The translations under genes and the position numbers were made by a program. Shown here in pieces: positions 8,497 to 16,686 of a DNA stretch of 64,000 nucleotides. The notes beneath the pieces are model-generated. The model did no database searches, was not told the DNA's origin, and saw only the letters and a list, made by a program, of their open reading frames with translations. Source of the stretch: a virus; IMG/VR virus record IMGVR_UViG_3300009158_000046, positions 1 through 64,000 of that record, one strand, 5' to 3'. How positions within the stretch are numbered: the stretch's first letter is position 1; each line of letters opens with the position of its first letter.

Positions 8497-9187
8497 GCGA
8501 AACTCCCTGAAGGCGTTTGTCTACGACCCCTTTTTGAGTCCCATGAGCCGGAAAAGCTATAATAGCGTCTCTGGTCCTGGGTTTGGTGCAAAGCTGGCAA
8601 TCAAGACACGTCAATCTAGGCACGTAAGTCTCAGGACAAATTGCAACCGGACGACCTGATGGAGTTCTCAACTTGAGAGATCCACCGAGACGCTGTCGAT
8701 ATTCAGACAGACTCTCCATTTTTAGTCTCTTGTATCGAGACTCAATGACCACCACTGTTGGCAAGCCAGTAGCGGCTAACTCGTCGGCCTCCTCCAGAGA
8801 GTCGGCCGACAAATTCACGTTGAACCCCAACTGCGACATCTCCCGAAGGGTGTCGAAGTCGCGATCATGGCTAAAGCAGATAACCGGCCTACCAGCGTTG
8901 GCCTTGGCCAGTTCCAGCTTGTCATTTCGGTTTGGGGGCAAGTCTCCGGCCTGTCCGTAGCGCCAGACGGTGCCACGGCGGAGAAGACGGATCTGGCGGA
9001 GCAGGGCTTTGAAATCGATACCGATTGTCCCCAAGCTCTGCCAGAGAATCCACAGGGGACCCGTCAAGGCATAACAACCTGCATCATACAGAGAACACTT
9101 GAGTGAGCAAGTGTCCCTGGAGGCTGTGACAACGGGCATTGGACCCAGCTTTTTGTTGCGAGTCATAGCTGTGAAATAGAAGCGCAT
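8462..9187 (-). CDS. Cys-rich phage protein, possible Fe-S/radical-SAM-like fold
   Basis: TCSLKCSLYDAGCYA, R...AGDL, VNLSAD, CP..TCLDCQLC..FPAHG. Confidence 0.6.
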   Translation of the reverse strand: MRFYFTAMTRNKKLGPMPVVTASRDTCSLKCSLYDAGCYALTGPLWILWQSLGTIGIDFKALLRQIRLLRRGTVWRYGQAGDLPPNRNDKLELAKANAGRPVICFSHDRDFDTLREMSQLGFNVNLSADSLEEADELAATGLPTVVVIESRYKRLKMESLSEYRQRLGGSLKLRTPSGRPVAICPETYVPRLTCLDCQLCTKPRTRDAIIAFPAHGTQKGVVDKRLQGVSHDREYRHQTAA

Positions 9188-9205
9188 TCGCAGGACTCCA
9201 GAATC

Positions 9206-9234
9206 AAAAAGGCCCGCCGTGAGGCGAGCCTTTT
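9206..9234. terminator. Intrinsic terminator
   Basis: AAAAAGGCCCGCC-gtga-GGCGAGCCTTTT. Confidence 0.8.
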
Positions 9235-9290
9235 GGGATTGATGTCGGGGGATTTAGGGTTAGCTAATCAGTAAAACTGACTGCTAGGGG

Positions 9291-9545
9291 TCAGTGGCAA
9301 TCGTCAATTTTCTTTCGAAGTTCCGATTTATCAGTCACGTTGAAATAGAACCAGTACGGTCGACTATTGCCTTGTTTGACTCTCTGCTTTGCATAATCGA
9401 GAGAGTTGAACGTGCTGCCGCCATCAGATCGCGCACCAATCTTGGAGATTGCGATAATTTCTGATGGGGTGAGGTAGCCGCCAAATTGGCGACCTTCCAT
9501 GTGGACGATTTTCTTGATCGTGGAAGGAGAGATCTGATTTGCCAT
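9291..9545 (-). CDS. Hypothetical protein
   Basis: 84-aa coupled ORF. Confidence 0.55.
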   Translation of the reverse strand: MANQISPSTIKKIVHMEGRQFGGYLTPSEIIAISKIGARSDGGSTFNSLDYAKQRVKQGNSRPYWFYFNVTDKSELRKKIDDCH

Positions 9546-9745
9546 CAGCCGTCTTCCGTCGCGGCGCTCTCACGGCAGTCCGGGCAGGTTTCCCAATCCC
9601 GTACTCCATGCTCGCAAGGTGCCATGCTGCGAAGCCATGACTGGCGCTGTGCTTCCCACATGGCCTGCTGCTGTTCCGGCGTCATGGCGTCGTAACGAGC
9701 TTGCGCGTCAGCAAAGGCGCGCTGCAGTTCATCGCGGTCTTTCAT
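9545..9745 (-). CDS. Small zinc-ribbon protein
   Basis: CEHG...CPDC. Confidence 0.65.
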   Translation of the reverse strand: MKDRDELQRAFADAQARYDAMTPEQQQAMWEAQRQSWLRSMAPCEHGVRDWETCPDCRESAATEDG

Positions 9746-9899
9746 CTGTGGGATGCTCCTGTGCGTGTACGGCCTTGACGTGCTGCTTCACGGCGATGCG
9801 ATCAGCGAACACCTTGTCGCAGTGCGGACAGCGGTGGGTTCTGAGAACGCGCCACCGCCAGCCGCCGTCAAACCAGACGGTTCTGGGCTTGGTGGTCAT
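9729..9899 (-). CDS. 56-aa classical C2H2 zinc-finger protein (absent from ORF track)
   Basis: MTTKPRTVWFDGGWRWRVLRTHRCPHCDKVFADRIAVKQHVKAVHAQEHPTDERPR; ATGA overlap with upstream stop. Confidence 0.75.
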   Translation of the reverse strand: MTTKPRTVWFDGGWRWRVLRTHRCPHCDKVFADRIAVKQHVKAVHAQEHPTDERPR

Positions 9900-10249
9900 G
9901 ATCGCGGCTCCGGCGGGTTGAGTGCGCGGATCATCTGCGGGTAAGGAACCGTTGGCGTTGCCACAAGCACTTCCCAGCCGGGTCCTTTCTGCGCTTGAAC
10001 GTTAACGGTCGGGGCTCTTTCTACGGCTTCCGCCGCCGCGTCCCGGCCTTCAATCCAGCCGTCACGACGGCCACGCCAATAAGCCTTCACACGCTGTTGC
10101 TCGCACAGCCCCCATTCCCGTTCGGCGGCGTCTGCACGGGCCTCCAGTTTAGCAATCCGAACGGCCTGCTGGTCGAGCAGGTCGGCGGCGGCGTCCATGC
10201 TGGGCGTCTGAAACGACCGCAACCACGTTGTCAGTTCCTCGCGCGTCAT
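9896..10249 (-). CDS. Hypothetical protein
   Basis: Coupled ORF. Confidence 0.65.
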   Translation of the reverse strand: MTREELTTWLRSFQTPSMDAAADLLDQQAVRIAKLEARADAAEREWGLCEQQRVKAYWRGRRDGWIEGRDAAAEAVERAPTVNVQAQKGPGWEVLVATPTVPYPQMIRALNPPEPRS

Positions 10250-10533
10250 GGCGTCGGCTCCTTGTCGATCAGGTTTTTGATCGGCCGAACGACCGCGTCC
10301 AAGATGAAAGAGATGTTCCAGGCTGCGCCGCTCGGGCCGTGGAAGTCGGCATGATACCGGATCGCCACTTCGGCTAACTTTGCCGCCTCCGTCAGGGCGG
10401 CGATGCGGGCGGCGTCCCGCTCGGCCTGGATGGTCTCGGCGATGAGAGCGCGCAGCTTATCGTAGCCCATGTCGATGGACGGGATCCCGACCGGCGGCAG
10501 GATCGTCAGTGCGACTTCCTCCGGCGTCTTCAT
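10246..10533 (-). CDS. Hypothetical protein
   Basis: Coupled ORF with GGAG RBS. Confidence 0.65.
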   Translation of the reverse strand: MKTPEEVALTILPPVGIPSIDMGYDKLRALIAETIQAERDAARIAALTEAAKLAEVAIRYHADFHGPSGAAWNISFILDAVVRPIKNLIDKEPTP

Positions 10534-10588
10534 GCTCCATCCTCCTGTGGCTCATCCATGTGAAGGATCTCGTCTGCGGCCCGGTCCA

Positions 10589-10867
10589 TCACTCGCCCTC
10601 CACTCGCAACCACGGGAATGCTTCGCGAACACGGGACTCTGTAGACTCGTCCCAGAACCCAGAGACAAAAATGGATCGGGCCTTTGCCCATTCCTCCCGC
10701 GTCAGCACGACCGTGGGAGGTGGGCGGTGGCGCTCATAGGCCTTGATGGCGGCGTCGGCGGCGCGAAGGACAGTCGGAACGTCGCGCAACACGTCAGCGT
10801 CTAGGCCCCACCCTTCGCAAATAGCCTGCGCCATGACCTGCCGGAGATCGTCTGTCGGTTCGGTCAT
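10589..10867 (-). CDS. Hypothetical protein
   Basis: MTEPTDDLRQ... coupled ORF. Confidence 0.65.
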   Translation of the reverse strand: MTEPTDDLRQVMAQAICEGWGLDADVLRDVPTVLRAADAAIKAYERHRPPPTVVLTREEWAKARSIFVSGFWDESTESRVREAFPWLRVEGE

Positions 10868-11172
10868 GGTGACGGCTCCCCTCCAAACCCCAACTGCTTT
10901 TCGGCTTCCCACGCTCGACGCAAAGCCGATCCGTTCACGCCTTTGAAAACGGGACCTTCCATCGTCACGTCGATGGCCACGGCTTCTCGGTACAAGCAGA
11001 GCAGTCGAAACAAGCTGGCGACACGAATGTCGCCAGCGAGGGTCTCGGGGTGATTGCGGTAGGCCGCGATGGCGGAGTCAGCAAAGTCGATCCAGTTGCG
11101 CCCCGGAGAAGTCATGATCGCATTGGCGACAAAGCGTCGAAGGTCTTCAGACTCGGGAGCATCAGCCCTCAT
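10864..11172 (-). CDS. Hypothetical protein
   Basis: MRADAPESEDL..., GGAGG RBS. Confidence 0.65.
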   Translation of the reverse strand: MRADAPESEDLRRFVANAIMTSPGRNWIDFADSAIAAYRNHPETLAGDIRVASLFRLLCLYREAVAIDVTMEGPVFKGVNGSALRRAWEAEKQLGFGGEPSP

Positions 11173-11581
11173 CAAAGCCTCCAACCTTCTTGGTGATCAG
11201 CGTCACCCGGTCGAACTGGACGTCGACAGCGATAATGGCCACCTCATCGACGCAGCCGTAGCTTGAGACCCACAAGGGAGTTCCCTCATCCATGAGGAAA
11301 TCTCCGCCTTTGTAGCCCTCCAAAGTGGAGTTCAGGATTGTCCGGAGGCAGTCCAGGAACGGGGCCACGGTAGTCGCGAACCCGCGCTCGAAAGCCAGAT
11401 CAGAGTAGTAGCCACGATAGCTGTGAGGCCGAAATGGTGCCGTTCCGTCATCGAAAACCACATCGGCATTCGGAAATGCGATTTCCAGTTTGGCGATGAG
11501 CTGTCCAAGCGTCACATGATAGTTCTGACGGGTGACGCGAGACGTAGCGCTCATCGCATCAAGTAATTTCTGCATGTCCAT
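11162..11581 (-). CDS. Conserved phage hypothetical protein
   Basis: TLGQLI..L, PHSYRGYYSDLAF, GYKGGDFLM..TPLWV motif set recognised from phage proteins. Confidence 0.8.
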   Translation of the reverse strand: MDMQKLLDAMSATSRVTRQNYHVTLGQLIAKLEIAFPNADVVFDDGTAPFRPHSYRGYYSDLAFERGFATTVAPFLDCLRTILNSTLEGYKGGDFLMDEGTPLWVSSYGCVDEVAIIAVDVQFDRVTLITKKVGGFDEG

Positions 11582-11596
11582 GATGATCCCCCTTTG

Positions 11597-11628
11597 AAAA
11601 AGAAAGGGCCGGTCTTTCGACCGGCCCT
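11597..11628 (-). terminator. Intrinsic terminator
   Basis: AGGGCCGGTC-tttc-GACCGGCCCT with U-tract on the minus strand. Confidence 0.75.
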
Positions 11629-11632
11629 GGCT

Positions 11633-11998
11633 TCAGGCCAGCTTGACGAGAAGGGTACTTCCTTCGATCCGGGCTTCCGGGGTCCAGGTCTTCATCGGGT
11701 CGGTGACACCGGGAGGAACGAGGACGCTGGAGGTGTACTTGCCGACGCCGTTGGACTGGACACGCAGGCGAGCCCGGTGCTTTTCGTCCACAGGCGACAG
11801 GGCGTACCAACCCTGGTCGTCGCCGTCTCCGCGAGCCACTGAAAGGCGGTCATCCGCCTTCCAGCCGAGAGCCTGGACGAGGCTGGGCGGCATCTTCAGC
11901 CGCCCGGCAATGCCGTCCGGGACGCGAACCACGGCGAACCGCAGCTCGGTCACAAACGTCCACTGCTTGACCTCACGTTCAATCAACTGAAAGCCCAT
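11633..11998 (-). CDS. Hypothetical protein
   Basis: MGFQLIERE..., AGGAG RBS. Confidence 0.7.
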   Translation of the reverse strand: MGFQLIEREVKQWTFVTELRFAVVRVPDGIAGRLKMPPSLVQALGWKADDRLSVARGDGDDQGWYALSPVDEKHRARLRVQSNGVGKYTSSVLVPPGVTDPMKTWTPEARIEGSTLLVKLA

Positions 11999-12014
11999 CT
12001 TGTATTCTCCTGTG

Positions 12015-12851
12015 TCATTCGAAGTCGTCGTAGTCGTCCGACCCAACATCAACCGTGCCGGTGTCAATGACATCGGCATCGGGGCTGTCGTAAGTCGCCA
12101 CAGTATTCTGATGCTTGCGGACGAACTCATCAATGTACGACTTGGAAATCTCCTCCAGGACTTCGTACTTGCAGACCCGCATCTTTGAGCCGTCGTAGTC
12201 GGTCGGAACCGAAACGACGTCCTCGGGCCAGAAAGCGCAGAGAACGACACGGCGATCGTCCTGCCACAGCCCGAAATTCGGGATGTAGCGATAGGCCCCG
12301 AGATGGAGACCGTGGCTGCAGGTGTTGTCGGGATTGTCGTCCACGTCGCCGCGATCGATCTCGACAACCTTGCCGATCGAGTTGTCGAACTTGCCGCTAT
12401 AGACGTCGGTGAAGTCGTCCCGCACGACCTTGAGAGCGGTCATGCGCCCGTCTGCCAGCCACGGCAGGTCATTGACCTGAGCGAAGATGGGGAAACGGGT
12501 CCGAGCCGAATTGGTCGGATTGCGGTAGAGGCTCTCCAGCACGTTGAGCAGCGGCTGGAACGGCACATTCTCGGCCTGCAGCTTGAGCAGCTTCTCGGTG
12601 AAGTAGTTGTCGATCCGGTTGCCCTTGTAGAGCACCGAGTCGTAGGTCACCTCGAACCGGCCCTGGCTGACAGTCCGCAGAGCCTCGCCGCTGTCGCACC
12701 AGCCGATGAGCTGGTCGACGTCGGCGGTGGAGGTGAGGAGGCGCTCACGCGCCGCCTCGAAGTTGGAGTTGTCCCTGCCGATGTGGTGGGGCTGGCCCTT
12801 GGCGAAGAACGTGATGGAATGGTCAGCGATCGTGAACGGGATGTTCGTCAT
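12015..12851 (-). CDS. rIIB: RIIB-like protein
   Basis: DDNPDNTCSHGLH, VVSVPTDY..SKMRVCKYEVL; follows rIIA. Confidence 0.88.
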   Translation of the reverse strand: MTNIPFTIADHSITFFAKGQPHHIGRDNSNFEAARERLLTSTADVDQLIGWCDSGEALRTVSQGRFEVTYDSVLYKGNRIDNYFTEKLLKLQAENVPFQPLLNVLESLYRNPTNSARTRFPIFAQVNDLPWLADGRMTALKVVRDDFTDVYSGKFDNSIGKVVEIDRGDVDDNPDNTCSHGLHLGAYRYIPNFGLWQDDRRVVLCAFWPEDVVSVPTDYDGSKMRVCKYEVLEEISKSYIDEFVRKHQNTVATYDSPDADVIDTGTVDVGSDDYDDFE

Positions 12852-12876
12852 GGTAGGTCTCCTGTTTTGACGGAAG

Positions 12877-12892
12877 GATGAAAGGTTTCAAC
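12877..12892. promoter_or_regulatory. Palindrome copy 2 (one mismatch), GATGAAAGGTTTCAAC
   Basis: Overlaps the rIIA stop codon. Confidence 0.65.
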
Positions 12893-15005
12893 CGTGCTCA
12901 GCGGCACGAGCTTCAAGATCGAGATAGTAATCAAGATCCTGGACGTTCGAGTTATAGTACCCCAACTCCTGAACGAAGCGATGCAGGAGCTTGTACTTCT
13001 CCCTGAGGAGTTCGTACTCACCACCCAACTCCTGTGCGGGGCTGGGCGTCTCCACCAACTGACGAGCGTCGGCAGTGAATTTGTAGTAGTAGTTGTAGAG
13101 ATTGCGCTCGTCAGACTTGTCTTCGCCAGACTTGTGGAGCATCACCTTGGTGAGAAAGGCTGCGAAGTCGATAGGCTTCCTGCGAACCAACAGGTTAGCC
13201 TTCATCTTGAGGTTCTCGACACTACGGTCGAGAGCGTCGGCCTGCCGCTTACCCCTTGCGACAGCATCGAAGTCCATCTTGCTTTCGACGATCTGCTTGA
13301 GCCAGGGGCCAAACATCGTCCACTTTTGGAACTTCGGGGTCTCATCGAAAATGATGACGTTCGGGACTTCGTCGACGTACCCTGTCAGCTTGAGCAGCCG
13401 CAGGATCTCGCCGACGTGGCCCCGCATCATGTTGGTGTTGTAGGTGTGGTTAGGATCGGTGAGGTAGTTCCGGTTCCGCATCTGGGTGCGGCTGCCGACC
13501 TCCCGGTCGACGACGTAGATGCCGCCTTCCTTGAGAGAGATGGAGACGTCATTGATCTCGCCGTTGGCGAAGATCGACTTCTTCTTGACGGTCAGGCGAG
13601 AACGACCCTCACGGGCGATCTTGGGCAGCTTGACCTTGCCGAGATCGAACACCGCCGGGTCGGTGCGGGTCAGTCCAAAGCGACCGAGGACCGCGTCGAC
13701 GTGGTCGTTGTCCTTGCCGATGCAGCGCAGCCAAAGCACCCGGCCGGTCAGACGGGGCTTGAGGGCCGTGATACGTTCGAACGAGCGACTGGTTGTGGTC
13801 TGAATGATGACGCTGCGAATGCCAGCGCCATAGGAGCCGATGCTCCAGCTCCAATTTGCCTTGCCACGACCCTCTGAGAAGCGGTCGAAGACGGGGCTGT
13901 CCTGATCGCTGTTGAAGACGCAGGCGCTGACCTCGTCATGGTTGGACTTGAAGGTGCTGACGATCGGCGTCTTGCCCCTGTAGAGCACCTTGCTCTCCAG
14001 GTGCTTCGCAGCGCCACTCGGCATCGTGTTGGTTCGGTCGTGGAAGAGGACGCAGGCCTCGAAGAAGTTCTCGGCCGTGTCGATGTGGTCCTGCAGCTCG
14101 ACGACGTAGGCCAGCTCGAAGGCCTTGATCGTCTCCATCAGCGTCTGCTTGGTGGTGGCGTCGTAGCCAAGCTCCTCGTTCGACGTGGTGGGCGTGAGGC
14201 TGCCCAGAGGCACGTCGAACAGGATCGGCACGCGCCGCCATGGCCAGTCGGGCATGTCGAGAGCCGCCATGTCGACCGGGAACAGGATGCAGCCCATCCG
14301 AACCCTGGGACCGCTGAACGGCACAGTGTCCTTCTGGTACTGGACCCAGCCGTCGCCGGAAGCGGCGATGACCTCGCTACCGAAGTCGATCTCCGGATAA
14401 ATCTTCGGCCGGGGGCGAAAGCCCCAATAGGCAGACTGGGCTTCCCACCGGACCTTGTCGATGTCCTCGCGCCGGATCGGGAACGACACCTCCAAGCCGG
14501 TCGGCTCGTCGGTCGGGCTCTCGTCGATCAGGTCCCAGCCGGGCTTGCCGTCTGGCTGGATCGCCATGGTGTAGGTCCGCACCATGCCGTCGAAGAACGA
14601 GCGCACGGTGAAGGAGCCAGCGCCCTGGCCGAGCTGGGTGCCGTTGATCAGGTAGCCGTAGGGGCTCTTGGAGCCGAGGCCACGGTGACCCTGGCTGTCG
14701 GCGTCGTTGTCCTTGGTCGAGTTGCCGAACTCGCAGAAGACGTTGACGACGTCGTCGTGGCTGAGGCCGGGGCCGCAGTCACGGATCCGGAACACCGGCT
14801 TGAAGATGGTGGGCAGGAAGACCTCGAAGCTGGTCTTGGTGTCCCAGGCGTTGGACCCCAGCTCCTGAAGGAAGTATTTGATCTTGTTCTTCGCAATGCC
14901 GGACATGAGAGTGTAGTACATGACCGGAGTTGCACGAATGCCAGCCGTGCCGTGGCTGATCGTCTCAGACGTGATCTTGGTGTAGGTTCCGTAATTCGGT
15001 ATCAT
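12888..15005 (-). CDS. rIIA: RIIA-like protein with N-terminal GHKL ATPase domain
   Basis: ELGSNAWD, IRDCGPGLS, STKD, GLGSKSP, TGLEVSFPI. Confidence 0.88.
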   Translation of the reverse strand: MIPNYGTYTKITSETISHGTAGIRATPVMYYTLMSGIAKNKIKYFLQELGSNAWDTKTSFEVFLPTIFKPVFRIRDCGPGLSHDDVVNVFCEFGNSTKDNDADSQGHRGLGSKSPYGYLINGTQLGQGAGSFTVRSFFDGMVRTYTMAIQPDGKPGWDLIDESPTDEPTGLEVSFPIRREDIDKVRWEAQSAYWGFRPRPKIYPEIDFGSEVIAASGDGWVQYQKDTVPFSGPRVRMGCILFPVDMAALDMPDWPWRRVPILFDVPLGSLTPTTSNEELGYDATTKQTLMETIKAFELAYVVELQDHIDTAENFFEACVLFHDRTNTMPSGAAKHLESKVLYRGKTPIVSTFKSNHDEVSACVFNSDQDSPVFDRFSEGRGKANWSWSIGSYGAGIRSVIIQTTTSRSFERITALKPRLTGRVLWLRCIGKDNDHVDAVLGRFGLTRTDPAVFDLGKVKLPKIAREGRSRLTVKKKSIFANGEINDVSISLKEGGIYVVDREVGSRTQMRNRNYLTDPNHTYNTNMMRGHVGEILRLLKLTGYVDEVPNVIIFDETPKFQKWTMFGPWLKQIVESKMDFDAVARGKRQADALDRSVENLKMKANLLVRRKPIDFAAFLTKVMLHKSGEDKSDERNLYNYYYKFTADARQLVETPSPAQELGGEYELLREKYKLLHRFVQELGYYNSNVQDLDYYLDLEARAAEHG

Positions 15006-15022
15006 TTGTTGCTCCAAAAATG

Positions 15023-15050
15023 AAAAGGCCCGCCAATGGCGAGCCTTTTT
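15023..15050. terminator. Intrinsic terminator with the same stem as 9206-9234
   Basis: AAAAGGCCCGCC-aat-GGCGAGCCTTTTT. Confidence 0.8.
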
Positions 15051-15074
15051 CGATAAAGACGAGGATGGTTAGTG

Positions 15075-15090
15075 GTTGAAAGCTTTCAAC
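15075..15090. promoter_or_regulatory. Palindrome copy 3, GTTGAAAGCTTTCAAC
   Basis: Abuts the stop codon at 15091. Confidence 0.85.
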
Positions 15091-15435
15091 CTACTCGGAG
15101 TTGCTGATCGCGTTCGAAGCCTCCTGGAAGATCACGAAGTGCTTGGAGCGGACGTAGTGGACGAACCGCGTTTCCCAGTCCTTGGAGGCAGTCCTACGCA
15201 ACTCTCCACGCTTGGCCTGCACGAGCTGCAGTGCGAGCTTCTTCATCCGCATCGCCATGCGGGCCTTGCGGAGCCAGACAGCGTCGTCCTGACGTTCGGG
15301 GTCGATGAGGTGGCCCTCGATGACGCCGAGTGCCTGCGTGAGCACGAGCTGGGCGTTGTGGCAGTCGTCGAGAGTCTTGAGATCGTCGATGACCCAATCG
15401 GGGCCGTCGATCTCGATGACAGGTACGGGCTTCAT
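15091..15435 (-). CDS. Hypothetical helical protein
   Basis: 114-aa coupled ORF. Confidence 0.7.
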   Translation of the reverse strand: MKPVPVIEIDGPDWVIDDLKTLDDCHNAQLVLTQALGVIEGHLIDPERQDDAVWLRKARMAMRMKKLALQLVQAKRGELRRTASKDWETRFVHYVRSKHFVIFQEASNAISNSE

Positions 15436-15932
15436 TTCAGGATCTCCTTCAGTTCCTTGAGGGTTCGGGGCCGGTAGCCGATGGCATCGACGCCGACATC
15501 GAGCGAGTTGCCCTCCCCGGTCATCGCGCCGTGGACGTGACCGAAGAGGTGGATGGAGCCATGCCGGTCACGGTTCCAGCTCCGGAGGGGGTAGTGGCAG
15601 AGAACGACCGGCAGTCCGGTGTCCGGGTCGGTCAGCTCTGCCATTGGGAAGTTGGGCTGGATTATCGCGCGGGTGTCGTAGTGATCGTGGTTGCCCTGGA
15701 TGAGGATGATCGTCCCGTTCAGGGTTGAGACGAGATCCCGGATCTGGGACTTCTTCTTGTGAAAGGCGAAGTCGCCCAGGTGGTAGACGACGTCCCTTGG
15801 CTTCACGACCGAGTTCCACGTCTCAATCATGTGCCGGTCCATCTCATCGACAGAGGAGAAGGGCCGCTTGCAGTATTTGATGATGTTGACGTGGCCGAAG
15901 TGGGTGTCAGAGATGAAGAAGGTCTCGCTCAT
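15432..15932 (-). CDS. Calcineurin-like metallophosphoesterase
   Basis: SDTHFGH, HLGDF, GNHD, HYP, FGHVH, DVGVD. Confidence 0.93.
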   Translation of the reverse strand: MSETFFISDTHFGHVNIIKYCKRPFSSVDEMDRHMIETWNSVVKPRDVVYHLGDFAFHKKKSQIRDLVSTLNGTIILIQGNHDHYDTRAIIQPNFPMAELTDPDTGLPVVLCHYPLRSWNRDRHGSIHLFGHVHGAMTGEGNSLDVGVDAIGYRPRTLKELKEILK

Positions 15933-16474
15933 TCTGTCGCCAGTCCTCTGTCGGGAGAAAGCCAGTTCGGGTTCTTGGTGATGCGATAGGCAACTTCGCG
16001 AGTGGCACGCTCGGTCTTGAAGTCGCCGATGGCGAGAGCGAGACCGTCACTGCCTCGGCCGTAGAGGGTCCAGAACGCGGTAGGTCGGCTGTCTCCAACC
16101 CCCACGTAGCCGAAATACAAGTCCTCGATTGCCTGGGTTGCGAGTTCGTAGGTCTGGTATGACCTGATCTCACCCTCCCAGAGCACGCACGGCCTCATCT
16201 CGTAGCTGACAAAGACGGGCGGTGTTGGCTGGGGAGGTTCTGGCCGGTCGAGAACCACGCCAAAAGCTTCCAGCGCCAGCTTGCGCTTTTCGATCTCGGC
16301 CGTCAGGTGATCGAAGGTGAGTTTGCGTAGGTCAGCGGAGAAGTCCTTGGACGGATAGGCGTTGAGAGCCACGGATATGGTAGTAGAGAGCGCCTGTCCG
16401 TCTAACCGGAGATCCTCCAGGCTTTGGATCTCGTCGTTGAGCCGGGTTACGATATTGATGTTCTTGATATTCAA
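15929..16474 (-). CDS. Hypothetical protein
   Basis: Coupled ORF. Confidence 0.65.
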   Translation of the reverse strand: MNIKNINIVTRLNDEIQSLEDLRLDGQALSTTISVALNAYPSKDFSADLRKLTFDHLTAEIEKRKLALEAFGVVLDRPEPPQPTPPVFVSYEMRPCVLWEGEIRSYQTYELATQAIEDLYFGYVGVGDSRPTAFWTLYGRGSDGLALAIGDFKTERATREVAYRITKNPNWLSPDRGLATE

Positions 16475-16686
16475 GAGACTACCCTCGCTTCTGTTGCCTC
16501 GATCCAGACTTTTGCCCCGCAGTCCAGGGGTTTGTCTGGACGGTGGATGACGCGGACGGGGCCGGTGAGTTCGACCTCGTGTGCGTAGATACGTTTCCGC
16601 CCCTGCCGGATGGTCAGGGGCGGATCATTTCGGCCGTGCTTGCGGTTGGCAGCCACGACGCTGCGGTTGACGTGGACTCTAATCAT
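16471..16686 (-). CDS. Conserved phage hypothetical protein
   Basis: HVNR...N.K.G..DPP.T, YAHEV, PDKPL.CGAKVWIE motif set. Confidence 0.8.
   Translation of the reverse strand: MIRVHVNRSVVAANRKHGRNDPPLTIRQGRKRIYAHEVELTGPVRVIHRPDKPLDCGAKVWIEATEARVVS

Noticed and set aside
12894-15023. Long opposite-strand ORFs (e.g. 12894-13877, 13938-15023, 27887-29236, 33314-34810, 38403-39635)
   Set aside because: Shadows of GC3-biased real genes, without motifs or RBS
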